NCBI GenBank assembly: GCA_027923505.1 | Contig: BROI01000017.1 | Coordinates: 124,001-188,000, forward strand | Origin: Mayamaea pseudoterrestris | Lineage: Eukaryota | Length of the DNA: 64,000 bases | Direction of reading: 5' to 3' | Shown here: positions 13,201 to 25,250 of the stretch, in pieces | Numbering within the stretch: the stretch's first letter is position 1 | Layout: the number at the start of each line of letters is the position of its first letter | Notes under the pieces: model-generated | The model's database searches: none | Told to the model about the DNA's origin: nothing | What the model saw: the letters and a program-made list of their open reading frames with translations, nothing else | Translations under genes and position numbers: made by a program

Positions 13201-16200
13201 CAGCCTGAATAATGATGTTGGCACCATTCTGGTGTATTTAGGGCACCTACAGGGCTTGCTGTAGGGGCGTTTGAATGTCACGGCATCTGCGGGCTGAGAC
13301 TGGTGACAAGTTGTCACCAAATACATTGCCATCCCCTGAGACACCAGCCAAGCCTACCATCTTGTAGCGCAGCCTGAATAATGATGTTGGCACCATTCTG
13401 GTGTATTTTAGGCACCTACAGGGCTTGCTGTAGGGGCGTTTGAATGTCACGGCATCTGCGGGCTGAGACTGGTGACAAGTTGTCACCAAATACATTGCCA
13501 TCCCCTGAGACAGCAGCCAAGCCTACCATCTTGTAGCGCAGCCTGAAAAATGATGTTGGCACCATTCTGGTGTATGCTGGGCACCTACAGGGCTTGCTGA
13601 AGGGGTGTTTGAATGTCATGGCATCTGCGGGCTGAGACTGGTGACAAGTTGTCACCAAATACATTGCCATCCCCTGAGACACCAGCCAAGCCTACCATCT
13701 TGTAGCGCAGCTTGAACAATGATGTTGGCACTATCCTGGTGTATGTTGGGCACCTACCAGGCTTGCTGTAGGTGTGTCTGAATGTCATGGCATCTGAGGG
13801 CTGAGACTGGTGACAAGTTGTCACCAAATACATTGCCATCCCCTGAGACACCAGCCAAGCCTACCATCTTGTAGCGCAGCTTGAACAATGATGTTGGCAC
13901 CATTCTGGTGTAATTCGGGAACCTGCAGGGCCTGCTGTAGGGGGTTTGAATGTAACAGCATCTGCGGGCTGAGGCTGGTGACAAGTTGTCACCAAATACA
14001 TTGCTATCCCCTGAGACTCACGCCAAGCCTACCATCTTGTAGCGCAGCCTGAATAATGATGCTGGCACCATTATGGTGTATATTGGGCACCTACAGGGCT
14101 AGCTGTAGGGGCGTTTGAATGTCATGGCATCTGCGGGATGAGACTGGTGACAAGTTGTCACCAAATACATTGCCATCCCCTGAGACACCAGCCAAGCTTA
14201 CCATCTTGTAGCGCATCCTCAAAAATGATGTTGGCACCGTTCAAGTGTATTTTGGGCACCTACCCGGCTTGCTGTAGGGGCGTTTGAATGTCATGGCATC
14301 TGCAGGCTGAGACTGGTGACAAGTTGTCACCAAATACATTGCCATCCCCTGAGACACCAGCCAAGCCTACCATCTTGTAGCGCAGCCTGAACAATGATGT
14401 TGGCACCATTCTGGTGTATTTTGGGCACCTACAGGGCTTGCTGTAGGGGCGTTTGAATGTCACGGCATCTGCGGGCTGAGACTGGTGACAAGTTGTCACC
14501 AAATACATTGCCATCCTCTGAGACACCAGCCAAGCCTACCATCTTGTAGCGCATCTTGGACAATGATGTTGGCACCATTCTGGTTTAATTTGGGCATCTA
14601 TAGGGCCTGCTGTAGGTGTGTCTGAATGTCATGGCAGCTGCGGGCTGAGACTGGTGACAAGTTGTCACCAAATACATTGCCATCCCCTGAGACACCAGCC
14701 AAGCCTACCATCTTGTAGCGCAGCCTGAATAATGATGTTGGCACCATTCTGGTGTATTTTGGGCACCTACAGGGCTTGCTGTAGGGGGGTTTGAATGTCA
14801 CGGCATCTGCAGGCTGAGACTGGTGACAAGTTGTCACCAAATACATTGCCATCCCCTGAGACACCAGCCAAGCCTACCATCTTGTAGCGCAGCCTGAATA
14901 ATGATGTTGGCACCATTCTGGTGTATTTTGGGCACCTACCGGGCTTGCTAGAGGGGCGTCTGAATGTCACGGCACCTGCGGGCTGAGACTGGTGACAAGT
15001 TGTCACCAAATACATTGCCATCCCCTGAGACACCAGCCAAGCTTACCATCTTGTAGCGCAGCTTGAATAATGATGTTGGCACCATTCTGGTGTATTTTGG
15101 GCACCTACAGGGCTTGCTGTAGGGGCGTTTGAATGTCACGGCATCTGCGGGCTGAGACTGGTGACAAGTTGTCACCAAATACATTGCCATCCCCTGAGAC
15201 ACCAGCCAAGCCTACCATATTGTAGCGCAGCCTGAAAAATGATGTTGGCACCATTCTGGTGTATTTTGGGCACCTACAGGGCTTGCTGTAGGGGCGTTTG
15301 AATGTCACGGCATCTGCGGGCTGAGACTGGTGACAAGTTGTCACCAAATACATTGCCATCCCCTGAGACACCAGCCAAGCCTACCATCTTGTAGCGCAGC
15401 CTGAATAATGATGTTGGCACCATTCTGGTCTATTTTGGGCACCTACAGGGCTTGCTGTAGGGGCGTTTGAATGTCACGGCATCTGCGGGCTGAGACTGGT
15501 GACAAGTTGTCACCAAATACATTGCCATCCCCTGAGACACCAGCCAAGACTACCATCTTGTAGCGCAGCCTAAAAAATGATGTTGGCACCATTCTGGTGT
15601 AATTTGGGCACCTATCGGGCTTGCTGTAGGGCGTTTGAATGTCACGGCATCTGCGGGCTGACACTAGTGACAAGTTGTCACTAAATACATTGCCATCCCC
15701 TGAGACACCAGCCAAGCCTACCATCTTGTAGCGCAGCCTGAATAATGATGTTGGCACCATTCTGGTGTATTTGGGCACCTACAGGGCTTGCTGTAGGGGC
15801 GTTTGAATGTCACGGCATCTGCGGGCTGAGACTGGTGACAAGTTGTCACCAAATACATTGCCATCCCCTGAGACACCAGCCAAGCCTACCATCTTGTAGC
15901 GCAGCCTGAATAATGATGTTGGCACCATTCTGGTGTATGTTGGGCACCTACAGGGCTTGCTGTTGGGGCGTATGAATGTCACGGCATCTGCGGGCTGAGA
16001 CTGGTGACAAGGTGTCACCAAATACATTGCCATCCCCTGAGACACCAGCCAAACCTACCATCTTGTAGCGCAGCCTGAATAAGGATGTTGGCACCATTTG
16101 AGTGTATTTTGGGCACCTACAGGGCTTGCTGTAGGGGCGTTTGAATGTCACGGCATCTGCGGGCTGAGACTGGTGACAAGTTGTCACCAAATACATTGCC

Positions 16201-16788
16201 ATCCCCTGAGACACCAGCCAAGCCTACCATCTTGTAGCGCAGCCTGAATAATGATGTTGGCACCATTCTGGTGTATTTTGGGCACCTACAGGGCTTGCTG
16301 TAGGGGCGTTTGAATGTCACGGCATCTGCGGGCTGAGACTGGTGACAAGTTGTCACCAAATACATTGCCATCCCCTGAGACACCAGCCAAGCCTACCATC
16401 TTGTAACGCAGCATGCAAAATGATGTTGGCACCATTCTGGTGTAGTTTGGGCACCTACAGGGCTTGCTGTAGGGGCGTTTGAATGTCACGGCATCTGCAG
16501 GCTGAGACTGGTGACAAGTTGTCACCAAATACATTGCCATCCCCTGAGACACCAGCCAAGCCTACCATCTTGTAGCGCAGCTTGAATAATGATGTTGGCA
16601 CCATTCTGGTGTAATTTGGGCACCTACAGGGCTTGCTGTAGGTGTGTCTGAATGTCACGGCATCTGCAGGCTGAGACTGGTGACAAGTTGTCACCAAATA
16701 CATTGCCATCCCCTGAGACACCAGCCAAGCCTACCATCTTGTAGCGCAGCCTGAATAATGATGTTGGCACCATTCTGGTGTCATTTGG
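7211..16788. repeat. Main 169-bp satellite (family A), left arm, about 57 head-to-tail monomers
   Basis: Consensus gggcacctacagggcttgctgtaggggcgtttgaatgtcacggcatctgcgggctgagactggtgacaagttgtcaccaaatacattgccatcccctgagacaccagccaagcctaccatcttgtagcgcagcctgaataatgatgttggcaccattctggtgtatttt (169 nt). ORF-track hits also recur every 169 bp. Confidence 0.98.
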
Positions 16789-17117
16789 TGACACGATAAT
16801 ATCAGACGAACCTTTATTCCAGCGACTACAATGGACTCGGAGCGATCAACCTCTTCGTCCAGCGTAAAGCAAACAAACAAACTCAATTGCTAGAATAGTG
16901 GATGTTACTCGCTACTCTACTCGTGCGCTTCTTTCTCGTTCTCACTGGGTTCACGGTCGAGGTTCACGCCTCGATCGTCAGCGATTTCACTCATGTATGT
17001 GAGGATTCGGTCACAAGTGTGACTCAACCCTGCACAGGATTAAATGCATACAAAACACAGGTAGCTAACCGTCTTGTCATAAGACGCAGGTCAACTCAAC
17101 TCAATAATATTGTGTCA
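16789..17117 (-). repeat. 3' LTR (329 bp)
   Basis: TGACACGATAAT...AATATTGTGTCA (TG..CA ends with an imperfect terminal inverted repeat). Only two substitutions seen relative to 21672-22000. Confidence 0.96.
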
Positions 17118-17127
17118 TCCCCCTTGA
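17118..17127 (-). other. Polypurine tract (plus-strand primer)
   Basis: Minus strand reads TCAAGGGGGA directly abutting the 3' LTR. Confidence 0.8.
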
Positions 17128-17128
17128 T

Positions 17129-18440
17129 CTAGGCTTGTGACAACGATCGGTTTGCCGTATCACCCTTCCAGAAAAGAATCGGAATGATCAGGGGTCGGAA
17201 CGTGGCATGCGGCAAGAACTTGGTAAGAACGTCGGCGACGTTCTGCTTGCCGAAGATGTGCTCAAAGTACAGAACATTGCTTGCAATGGCCTCGCGAACT
17301 CGGTGGTAGGCGAGCGCATTGTGTCGCTTAGAAAGTGTGGAGTGCGGGATCGTTGACGACTTCTTGACACTTTCGTTGTCGCCGAACATCCAGGCTGGTC
17401 CACTCAAAGGAACTCCCAACATGCGTAGGGAGTATCGGAAATCCATAATCTGTTCCGTCGCGGTCTTGGCGACGACGAACTCGGATCCGTACGTTGCAGT
17501 CTCGACAGTATTCTGACGCTTGCAGAACCATTCGACGGGCGTCTGGTTCAGGAAATGCAGGACTCCCATTGCGGAACGTCCAGTAGTGTAATCATGGTAC
17601 AGGTTCGCGTCCATAAAGGTAGTTAGTTGCACAGGCTTGCCCTTCGGGATCGGCATGTTCCACGGAAGCTCTTCGCTTGAGTTGCCGTAGACCGATTGCA
17701 ACCAATCATACTTGGTAGGTTCCCCGTGATCGACGATCTTCGTCCGGAAACGAATCGCCGCATCAGGGTACTCAGCTAGGTAACCGCAGACTCGCTTGGC
17801 TCGGTCCAGGTGTCCACGGCGCGGGGCGCAGCGGAATCGGCCAAGTGTCATTACGGCACAATGAATGTCTAGTCGACATAGGGTCACTGCCCACTGGAGG
17901 GCACCGATAAGAGACTGGTACTGTTGAATGCCACGGGCATCCAGCTCTTCGGTAAGGTCAAGTTCGGGGTGGTCCCCCAGTCGTAAAGAATCTTGCCGTT
18001 CGCAAAGGTCGGCTAGTTCGTTGTAGGTAATAAGCTCGTCGACGTCGCCGTCGCCGAGACTCAATCGAAACTTGATAATCTTGTGGTTGGCTTCATCGCG
18101 ATCGTTTAGTTGTTCAATAACCTTGTAACGTCGCGTGGAGCCGTCTTCCTCGTCAAGAAGGACAGTGCGTCCCATCAGTTCAGCCGGAGTAAAGGACGGC
18201 ATGGGTCCGTTGGGATCCAGACCGGCTAACTCGGCAGCGCTTTCCAACGTGAATGCGTCTTCATCCACGGTTCCCCCAGAATCAGGCGCTGGGGTCGGTG
18301 TAAGGTCATGTTCAAACACCGGACCGACTAGGTCATACTCATCGTCAAAATCGTTGACGGTTTCGACTTGGACTCTCCGCGGCCGCGTCGAAGACAGGTT
18401 CCGCGAACAATGGTCGTTCGGACTCGGGTTCAGGGGCGCC
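17129..18440 (-). pseudogene. Copia pol remnant: post-integrase linker joined by an in-frame deletion (near 17980) to the RT C-terminus and an intact RNase H
   Basis: YQSLIGALQWAVTLCRLDI, FMDANLYHD..TGRS, KRQNTVETATYGSEF, FGDNESV and NVADVLTK are present. The RT catalytic core (YVDD) is absent. Confidence 0.9.
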
Positions 18441-18443
18441 AGC

Positions 18444-18802
18444 TTCTGGTGTATTTTGGGGCACCTACAGGGGCTTGCTGTAGGGCGTTGAACGTCATGG
18501 CGTCTGCAGAGCTGAGACTGGTGACAAGTTGTCACCAAATACATACCATCCCCTGAGACACCAGCCAAGCCTACTCATCTTGTAGCACAGCCTCGAATAA
18601 TGAAGTTGGCACCATTCTGGTGTATTTTGGGCACCTACATGGCTTGTTGTAGGGGTTTGAATGTCACGGATCTGTGCGGTTGAGACTGGTGACAAGTTGT
18701 CATCAAATACATTGCTATCCCCTGAGACACCAGCCAAGCCTACCATCTGTAGCGCAGCTGGAATAATGATGCTGGCACCATTCTGGTGTACTCTTTAGGC
18801 AC
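18444..18802. repeat. About two indel-rich 169-bp satellite monomers inside the retrotransposon
   Basis: Monomer sequence including 'ctggtgacaagttgtcaccaaat', with many 1-nt indels. Confidence 0.9.
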
Positions 18803-19433
18803 CAGGGTTCTGGTTCTGGTATCCGCTCGCTCTGTTGGTCACGAATCGCGTAGAATCGCAACAAGGTTTCAACTTGCTTCCCGAGCGCCGCGAGTTACGA
18901 TGAGTATCAGCCAAGTCGACGAAGAGCGCCTCTCGTAATGTCTTCGGCATGTCACTCGGTTCTCAGTGGGTATCCCCTCGTCAGCAAGCTCTTCTTGCCG
19001 ACGAACAGTTGCATCATCTTGCATCCGCCATGGCCGCGGATTCCGTCGAAGGCGGGTTCGGAAAACCAGGTATCTGTCCCGCCGTATGGTCGAAACGAAC
19101 CACATTGGCGAGGGAATCGCGACTCAAAGTGTTGGCGAAATGGGGTGTGTGCCGATGCACGGAAAAGCTGTGTCGTATTCTTAATGGTGCGCTTGACTCG
19201 TTCAAGTGGCGTCTAGGGCAAGCGGGTCGAGGCGCTTGGTCAGGTTTTCTGGCATGCGTCGGGCATTGGCTTGGCGCGTCGTATCAGCCTGATTGCGATC
19301 GACATACTGCACACCACACGTTCCACTGAGTTCATGTTGTTCGTAGGTGGCGTCGCGAAGTCATCCATGCGGGCGTCGACGAAAGGTTCTTCCACCCGCG
19401 GGAGATAAACCAAGTTTTTGTTCTGCAAACGAG
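18803..19433 (-). pseudogene. Frameshifted copia integrase fragment
   Basis: Minus-strand pieces read TDTWFSEPAFDGIRGHGGCKMMQLFVGKKSLLTRGYPL and LGKQVETLLRFYAIRDQQSE...QNP, resembling a copia integrase core. Confidence 0.75.
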
Positions 19434-19597
19434 GAAAATGATGCTGGCACCATTCTGGTGTACTCTTTAGGCACTCAAGGCTTGGTTGTAGGGGCGTTGA
19501 ATGTGTTACCCATCTGTGCGCCTGAGACTGGTGACAAGTTGTCATCAAATCACATTGCCATCCCCTGAGACACTGCCGTTCACCATATTGTAGCGCA
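19434..19597. repeat. One indel-rich satellite monomer inside the retrotransposon, where the protease region is expected
   Basis: 'gcaccattctggtgta...ctgagactggtgacaagttgtcatcaaat...ccatcccctgagacac'. Confidence 0.88.
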
Positions 19598-21452
19598 CCG
19601 ATACCATTGCGCGGTACCGACGGCCGTCGCTTCCCATAAACTCTTGCTGGGTGTTATTCGCAGCTTGAGTGCGAGACGACGCGGCGTTCGCAAGGAAAGA
19701 TCTAATCATGTCATCCGGTGCACCTTGAGTGGCTGTCGTCGGGGCGATCGAGACAGCGTCATTCTGATACAGGATTGTACCAGGCACCGAGGCAGCCGCT
19801 TGTGACTGCTGGTTATTCGCGCGGTTGCCGTTGTTCGCGCGTCTTGTTGTGGCGGGTCTTGGGACGGCTTCGCGTCGAGCCATGAGCTGAGCGTATTCGT
19901 CCTCGTTAAGTCGGCCGAGTCGTTCGTACGACATGTACGACCAGGGGGCCTGCAACAACTGTTCAAAGTTCAGATAATCACCAGGGAATCGCTCCCGATG
20001 CGCTTGGGTGCCGGCTGCTGGTAGTGGCGCGGAAGAGCCTCGTCCTCCGGAACCGCGGCCCGCTTGAGTGCCACGTCCACCGTCTCGTCCAGCGCCGCGT
20101 CCGCCTTGGCCGCCGCGTCCTCCACCACGTCCGGAACCGCGTCCGCTGCCACGTCCTTGGCCGGTAGTGTTCGCGTTGTTCGCTTGGCGGTCGGCGTTCT
20201 TCTTGCCCTTATTCAACTTGGCGTTCTTGTTGTCGATGCGCAAAGCCTGCTGCGACAACATGTCGAAAAGATAGTCATAATCTTCCGTTACGACAGCATC
20301 TGGGTCACCGCCCGCACTGATGATGCGTCGTCGTTCAAATGTCAAGTGCTGGTCGAATGTCGTGCACGTGGGGCCGAATTCTTCGTCGCCTTCCACTGCA
20401 GCTCGGAGCCAGTAGTACTTCTTCTTGTCATCCGTCACTCCAGGACGGAACTCTTCGAGATTCTTCATGAGCTGTTCGATGTAGTTTAGGAACTTGTAGT
20501 GTCCTTTCGTCCAGGTCGAATCTAGGCGAATCGTAGCAAGCTTGGCTTGTAGTTCGTTCGCTTGGATGGTAGCTAACTCGCCGGAACCAAACTTGGTCGC
20601 GAGGTCGCGATAGACGCTCTGAGCGTCAGACTCGTCAGCGTACTTCATTAGGAGCGATTGGTATCCAGGTACTTCGAGACAATTGCGAAACGCAGTGTAC
20701 ATGAAGATTTGCTGCTCCTTGAACTCTTCCTTCTCTTCTTCCGTGACTGGTACGTACTTGCTATTGAGCACGTTAGAACAGCCATGGAGCTTGGCGATTG
20801 CCTTGGTAGACGCGCTCCAACTCAACCACCCGTGGGGATGCTGGAACGTCTTGTAGTCCTTGTAATCTCGCTTCGTCTTGATGTTCGAGAATCGACCCTT
20901 GGCATCCGCTTCCTTTTCGGCCTTCTCAGCCTTCAAGTTCTCATTTTCGAGTTGCTTGGCAAGTAGCTCGGCTTGCTTCTTCTTAGACTCGAGCTCGTAG
21001 TATCCTTCTTCGCGCTTCCGACCGATTTCTTGTTCGGCGAGTATCTCTTGGAATCGCTCGAGCTTGCCTAAATCAAGCAACGCCCACTTCTTGGTGTTCG
21101 GGGGTCCATCGTGCATGGTAAACCATTCGCATGCATCGAGGACAAGGTTCACGTAGACTGGTGCTAGTGTCGTCTCGTATCGTACTGGGGCGGCGGCTTC
21201 TTGCTCTTCGGCCGGTTCTTCGGCCGGCTCGTCGCCCGGCGGCGCATCGTCGGGTTGCGCGCCTTCAGGTTGTCCAACGCCAGCTTGAATGGCGGCTCTG
21301 TCGACCCAGTAGGGGGCTTCAAGTTGCTCCTTGGTCAATCTCAACATCTGGGTAGTGGTGGTTACATTCCAAAACAAGAACGCTTCTTGGATGTCTCGTC
21401 CGAAAACGTTCGTGCAGAGAAGCTGCAAAGCTTCCGCAGTAATCGCAACCAT
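19598..21452 (-). CDS. Retrotransposon Gag-like protein, 3'-truncated by satellite
   Basis: Long open frame just after the 5' LTR, likely ATG at 21452 (MVAITAEAL). It has a capsid-like segment (HGCSNVLNSKYVP...EQQIFMY...DAQSVY) and an RG/RGG-rich basic region; no CCHC knuckle seen. Confidence 0.8.
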
Positions 21453-21656
21453 GATAGTGAATACCTCGCTTTCCGCAAGTCCTTTCTTACACAACAACCG
21501 CTCTCAATGCAGTCGAGCCTTATACGATCCTGTTCTACGCGCTCGTGCCAAGTATTCGGATTGACGACGCCGCAAGGAATCTGCTCTTTCTCTCTCAATT
21601 TCTCGATTCTTTTACTCTCTCTCTTTCGCACAGCTCTCTCAGGTCAAGACAAGCTA

Positions 21657-21671
21657 GCAAGACTGTTAATC
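21657..21671 (-). other. Putative primer-binding site complementary to the tRNA-Asn(GUU) anticodon arm
   Basis: Plus strand GCAAGACTGTTAATC directly abuts the 5' LTR; there is no canonical TGG. Confidence 0.6.
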
Positions 21672-22000
21672 TGACACGATAATATCAGACGAACCTTTAT
21701 TCCAGCGACTACAATGGACTCGGAGCGATCAACCTCTTCGTCCAGCGTAAAGCAAACAAACAAACTCAATTGCTAGAATAGTGGATGTTACTCGCTACTC
21801 TACTCGTGCGCTTCTTTCTCGTTCTCACTGGGTTCACGGTCGAGGTTCACGCCTCGATCGTCAGCGATTTCACTCATGTATGTGAGGATTTGGTCACAAG
21901 TGTGACTCTACCCTGCACAGGATTAAATGCATACAAAACACAGGTAGCTAACCGTCTTGTCATAAGACGCAGGTCAACTCAACTCAATAATATTGTGTCA
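21672..22000 (-). repeat. 5' LTR (329 bp)
   Basis: Near-identical direct repeat of 16789-17117. Confidence 0.96.
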
Positions 22001-25000
22001 CTTGCTGTAGGTGTGTCTGAATGTCATGGCAGTGTGGGCTGAGACTGGTGACAAGTTGTCACCAAATACATTGCCATCCCCTGAGACACCAGCCAAGCCT
22101 ACCATCTTGTAGGGCAGCCTGAATAATGATGTTGGCACTATCCAGGTGTATTTTGGGCACCTACAGGGCCTGCTGTAGGTGTGTCTGAATGTCATGGCAT
22201 CTGCGGGCTGAGACTGGTGACAAGTTGTCACCAAATACATTGCCATCCCCTGAGACACCAGCCCAGCCCACCATCTTGTAGCGCAGCCTGAATAATGATG
22301 GAGGCACCATTCTGGCGTATTTTGGGCACCTACAGAGTTGCTGTAGGTGCATTTAATTGTCATGGCATCTGTGGGCTGAGACTGGTGACAAGTTGTCACC
22401 AAATACATTGCCATCCCCTGAGACACCAGCCAAGCTTACCATCTTGTAGCGCAGCCCTCAAAAATGATGTTGGCACCATTCTGGTCTAATTTGGGCATCC
22501 GGGCTTGCTGTAGGTGTGTCTGAATGTCATGGCAGCTGTGGGCTGAGACTGGTGACAAGTTGTCACCAAATACATTGCCATCCCCTGAGACACCAGCCAA
22601 GCCTACCATCTTGTAGCGCAGCCTGAATAATGATGTTGGCACCATTCTGGTGTAATTTGGGCATCTGCAGGGCCTGCTGTAGGAGGGTTTGAATGTAACG
22701 GCAACTGCGGGCCAAGACTGGTGACAAGTTGTCACCAAATGCATTGCCATCCCCTGAGACACCAGCCAAGCTTACCATCTTGTAGCGCATCTTCAAAAAT
22801 GATGTTGGCCCCGTTCTGGTTTAATTTGGGCATCTACCAGGATTGCTGTAGGGGCGTTTGAATGTCACGGCATCTGCAGGCTGAGACTGTGCACAAGTTG
22901 TCACCAAATACATTACCATCCCCTGACATACCAGCCAAGCCTACCATATTGTAGCGCAGCCTGAAAAATGATGATGTTGGCACCATTCTGTTGTATTTTG
23001 GGCACCTACAGGGCCTGCTGTAGGTCTGTCTGAATGTCATGGCATCTGCGGGCTGTATTTGGTGACAAGTTGTCACCAAATACATTGCCATCCCCTGAGA
23101 CACCAGCCAAGCCTACCATCTTGTAGCGCAGCCTGATTAATGATGTTGGCACCATTCTGGTCTAATTTGGGCATCCAGGCTTGCTGTTGGTGTGTCTGAA
23201 TGTCATGGCATCTGCAGGCTGAGACTGGTGGCAAGTTGTCACCAAATGCATTGCCATCCCCTGAGACACCAGCCAAGACTACCATCTTGTAGCGCAGCCT
23301 CAAAAATGATGTTGGCACCATTCTGGTCTAATTTGGGCACCTACCGGGCTTGCTGTAGGTGTGTCTAAATGTCATGGCAGCTGTGGGCTGAGACTGGTGA
23401 CAAGTTGTCACCAAATACATTGCCATCCCCTGAGACACCAGCCAAGCCTACCATCTTGTAGCGCAGCCTGAATAATGATGTTGGCACCATTCTGGTGTAT
23501 GCTGGGCACCTACAGGGCTGCTGAATGGGCGTTTGAATGTCATGGCATCTGCGGGCTGAGACTGGTGACAAGTTGTCACCAAATACATTGCCATCCCCTG
23601 AGACAGCAGCCAAGCCTACCATCTTGTAGCGCAGCCTGAAAAATGATGTTGGCACCATTCTGGTGTATGTTGGGCACCTACAGGGCTAGCTGTTGGGGCG
23701 TTTGAATGTCATTGCATCTGCGGGATGAGACTGGTGACAAGTTGTCACCAAATACATTGCCATTCCCTGAGACACCAGCCAAGCTTACTATCTTGTAGCG
23801 CAGCTTGAACAATGATGTTGACACCATTTGAGTGTGTAATTTGAGCACCTACAGGGCCTGCTGTAGGTGTGTCTGAAAGTCATGGCAGCTGCTGGCTGAG
23901 ACTGGTGACAAGTTGTCACCAAATACATTGCCATCCCCTGAGACACCAGCCAAGCCTATGATCTTGTAGCGCAGCCTTAACAATGATGTTGGCACCATTC
24001 TGGTGTATTTTGGGCACCTACCGGGCCTGCTGTAGGGGGGTTTGAATGTCATGGCATCTGGAGGCTGAGACATTGCCATCTCCTGAGACACCAGCCAAGC
24101 CTACCATCTTGTAGCGCATCTTCCAAAATGATGTTGGCACCATTATGGTGTCTTTTGGGCACCTACAGGGCCTGCTGTTGGTGTGTCTGAATGTCACGGC
24201 ATCTGCAGGCTGAGACTGGTGACAAGTTGTCACCAAATACATTGCCATCCCCTGAGACACCAGCCAAGCCTACCATCTTGTAGCGCATCTTCCAAAATGA
24301 TGTTGGCACCATTCTGGTGTATTTTGGGCACCTACAGGGCCTGCTGTTGGTGTGTCTGAATGTCATGGCATCTGCAGGCTGAGACTAGTGGCAAGTTGTC
24401 ACCAAATGCATTGCCATCCCCTGAGACACCAGCCAAGCTTACCAACTTGTAGCGCAGCCTCAAAAATGATGTTGGCACCAATCTGGTCTAATTTGGGCAC
24501 CTACCGGGCTTGCTGTAGGTGTGTCTGAATGTCATGGCAGCTGTGGGCTGAGACTGGTGACAAGTTGTCACCAAATACATTGCCATCCCCTGAGACACCA
24601 GCCAAGCCTACCATCTTGTAGGGCAGCCTGAATAATGATGTTGGCACTATCCAGGTGTATTTTGGGCACCTACAGGGCCTGCTGTAGGTGTGTCTGAATG
24701 TCATGGCATCTGCGGGCTGAGACTGGTGACAAGTTGTCACCAAATACATTGCCATCCCCTGAGACACCAGCCCAGCCCACCATCTTGTAGCGCAGCCTGA
24801 ATAATGATGGAGGCACCATTCTGGCGTATTTTGGGCACCTACAGAGTTGCTGTAGGTGCATTTAATTGTCATGGCATCTGTGGGCTGAGACTGGTGACAA
24901 GTTGTCACCAAATACATTGCCATCCCCTGAGACACCAGCCAAGCTTACCATCTTGTAGCGCAGCCCTCAAAAATGATGTTGGCACCATTCTGGTCTAATT

Positions 25001-25250
25001 TGGGCATCCGGGCTTGCTGTAGGTGTGTCTGAATGTCATGGCAGCTGTGGGCTGAGACTGGTGACAAGTTGTCACCAAATACATTGCCTTCCCCTGAGAC
25101 ACCAGCCAAGCCTACCATCTTGTAGCGCAGCCTGACTAATGATGTTGGCACCATTCTGGTGTAATTTGGGCACCTATCGGGCCTGCTGTAGGTGTCTGTG
25201 AATATCATGGCATCTGCAGGCGAGACTGGTGACAAGTTGTCACCAAATAC
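22001..25250. repeat. 169-bp satellite, right arm, about 19 more heterogeneous monomers
   Basis: Same monomer and orientation as the left arm; the variant 'gtaggtgtgtctgaatgtcatgg' predominates. Confidence 0.97.

Larger units (their letters stand above)
16789..22000 (-). mobile_element. Ty1/copia LTR retrotransposon (diatom CoDi-like), 5212 bp, internally deleted and interrupted by satellite
   Basis: Two 329-bp LTRs; gag, then integrase fragment, then RT C-terminus/RNase H on the minus strand (copia order); polypurine tract next to the 3' LTR. Confidence 0.95.

Noticed and set aside
7211..16788. CRISPR-like array (regularly spaced palindromic repeats, with an HNH nuclease nearby)
   Set aside because: The DNA between palindromes is near-identical rather than unique spacers, there are no cas genes, the context is eukaryotic, and the HNH protein appears organelle-targeted.
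7211..16788. Tandem RNA gene array (5S, tRNA, snRNA)
   Set aside because: No recognisable 5S, cloverleaf or Sm-site pattern in the monomer. An Rfam search would be needed to exclude it formally.
16902..17132. Signal-peptide-like ORF MLLATLLVRFF... (also 21785-22042)
   Set aside because: It lies within the LTRs, antisense to the element, and has a different C-terminus in each copy; no support for coding.
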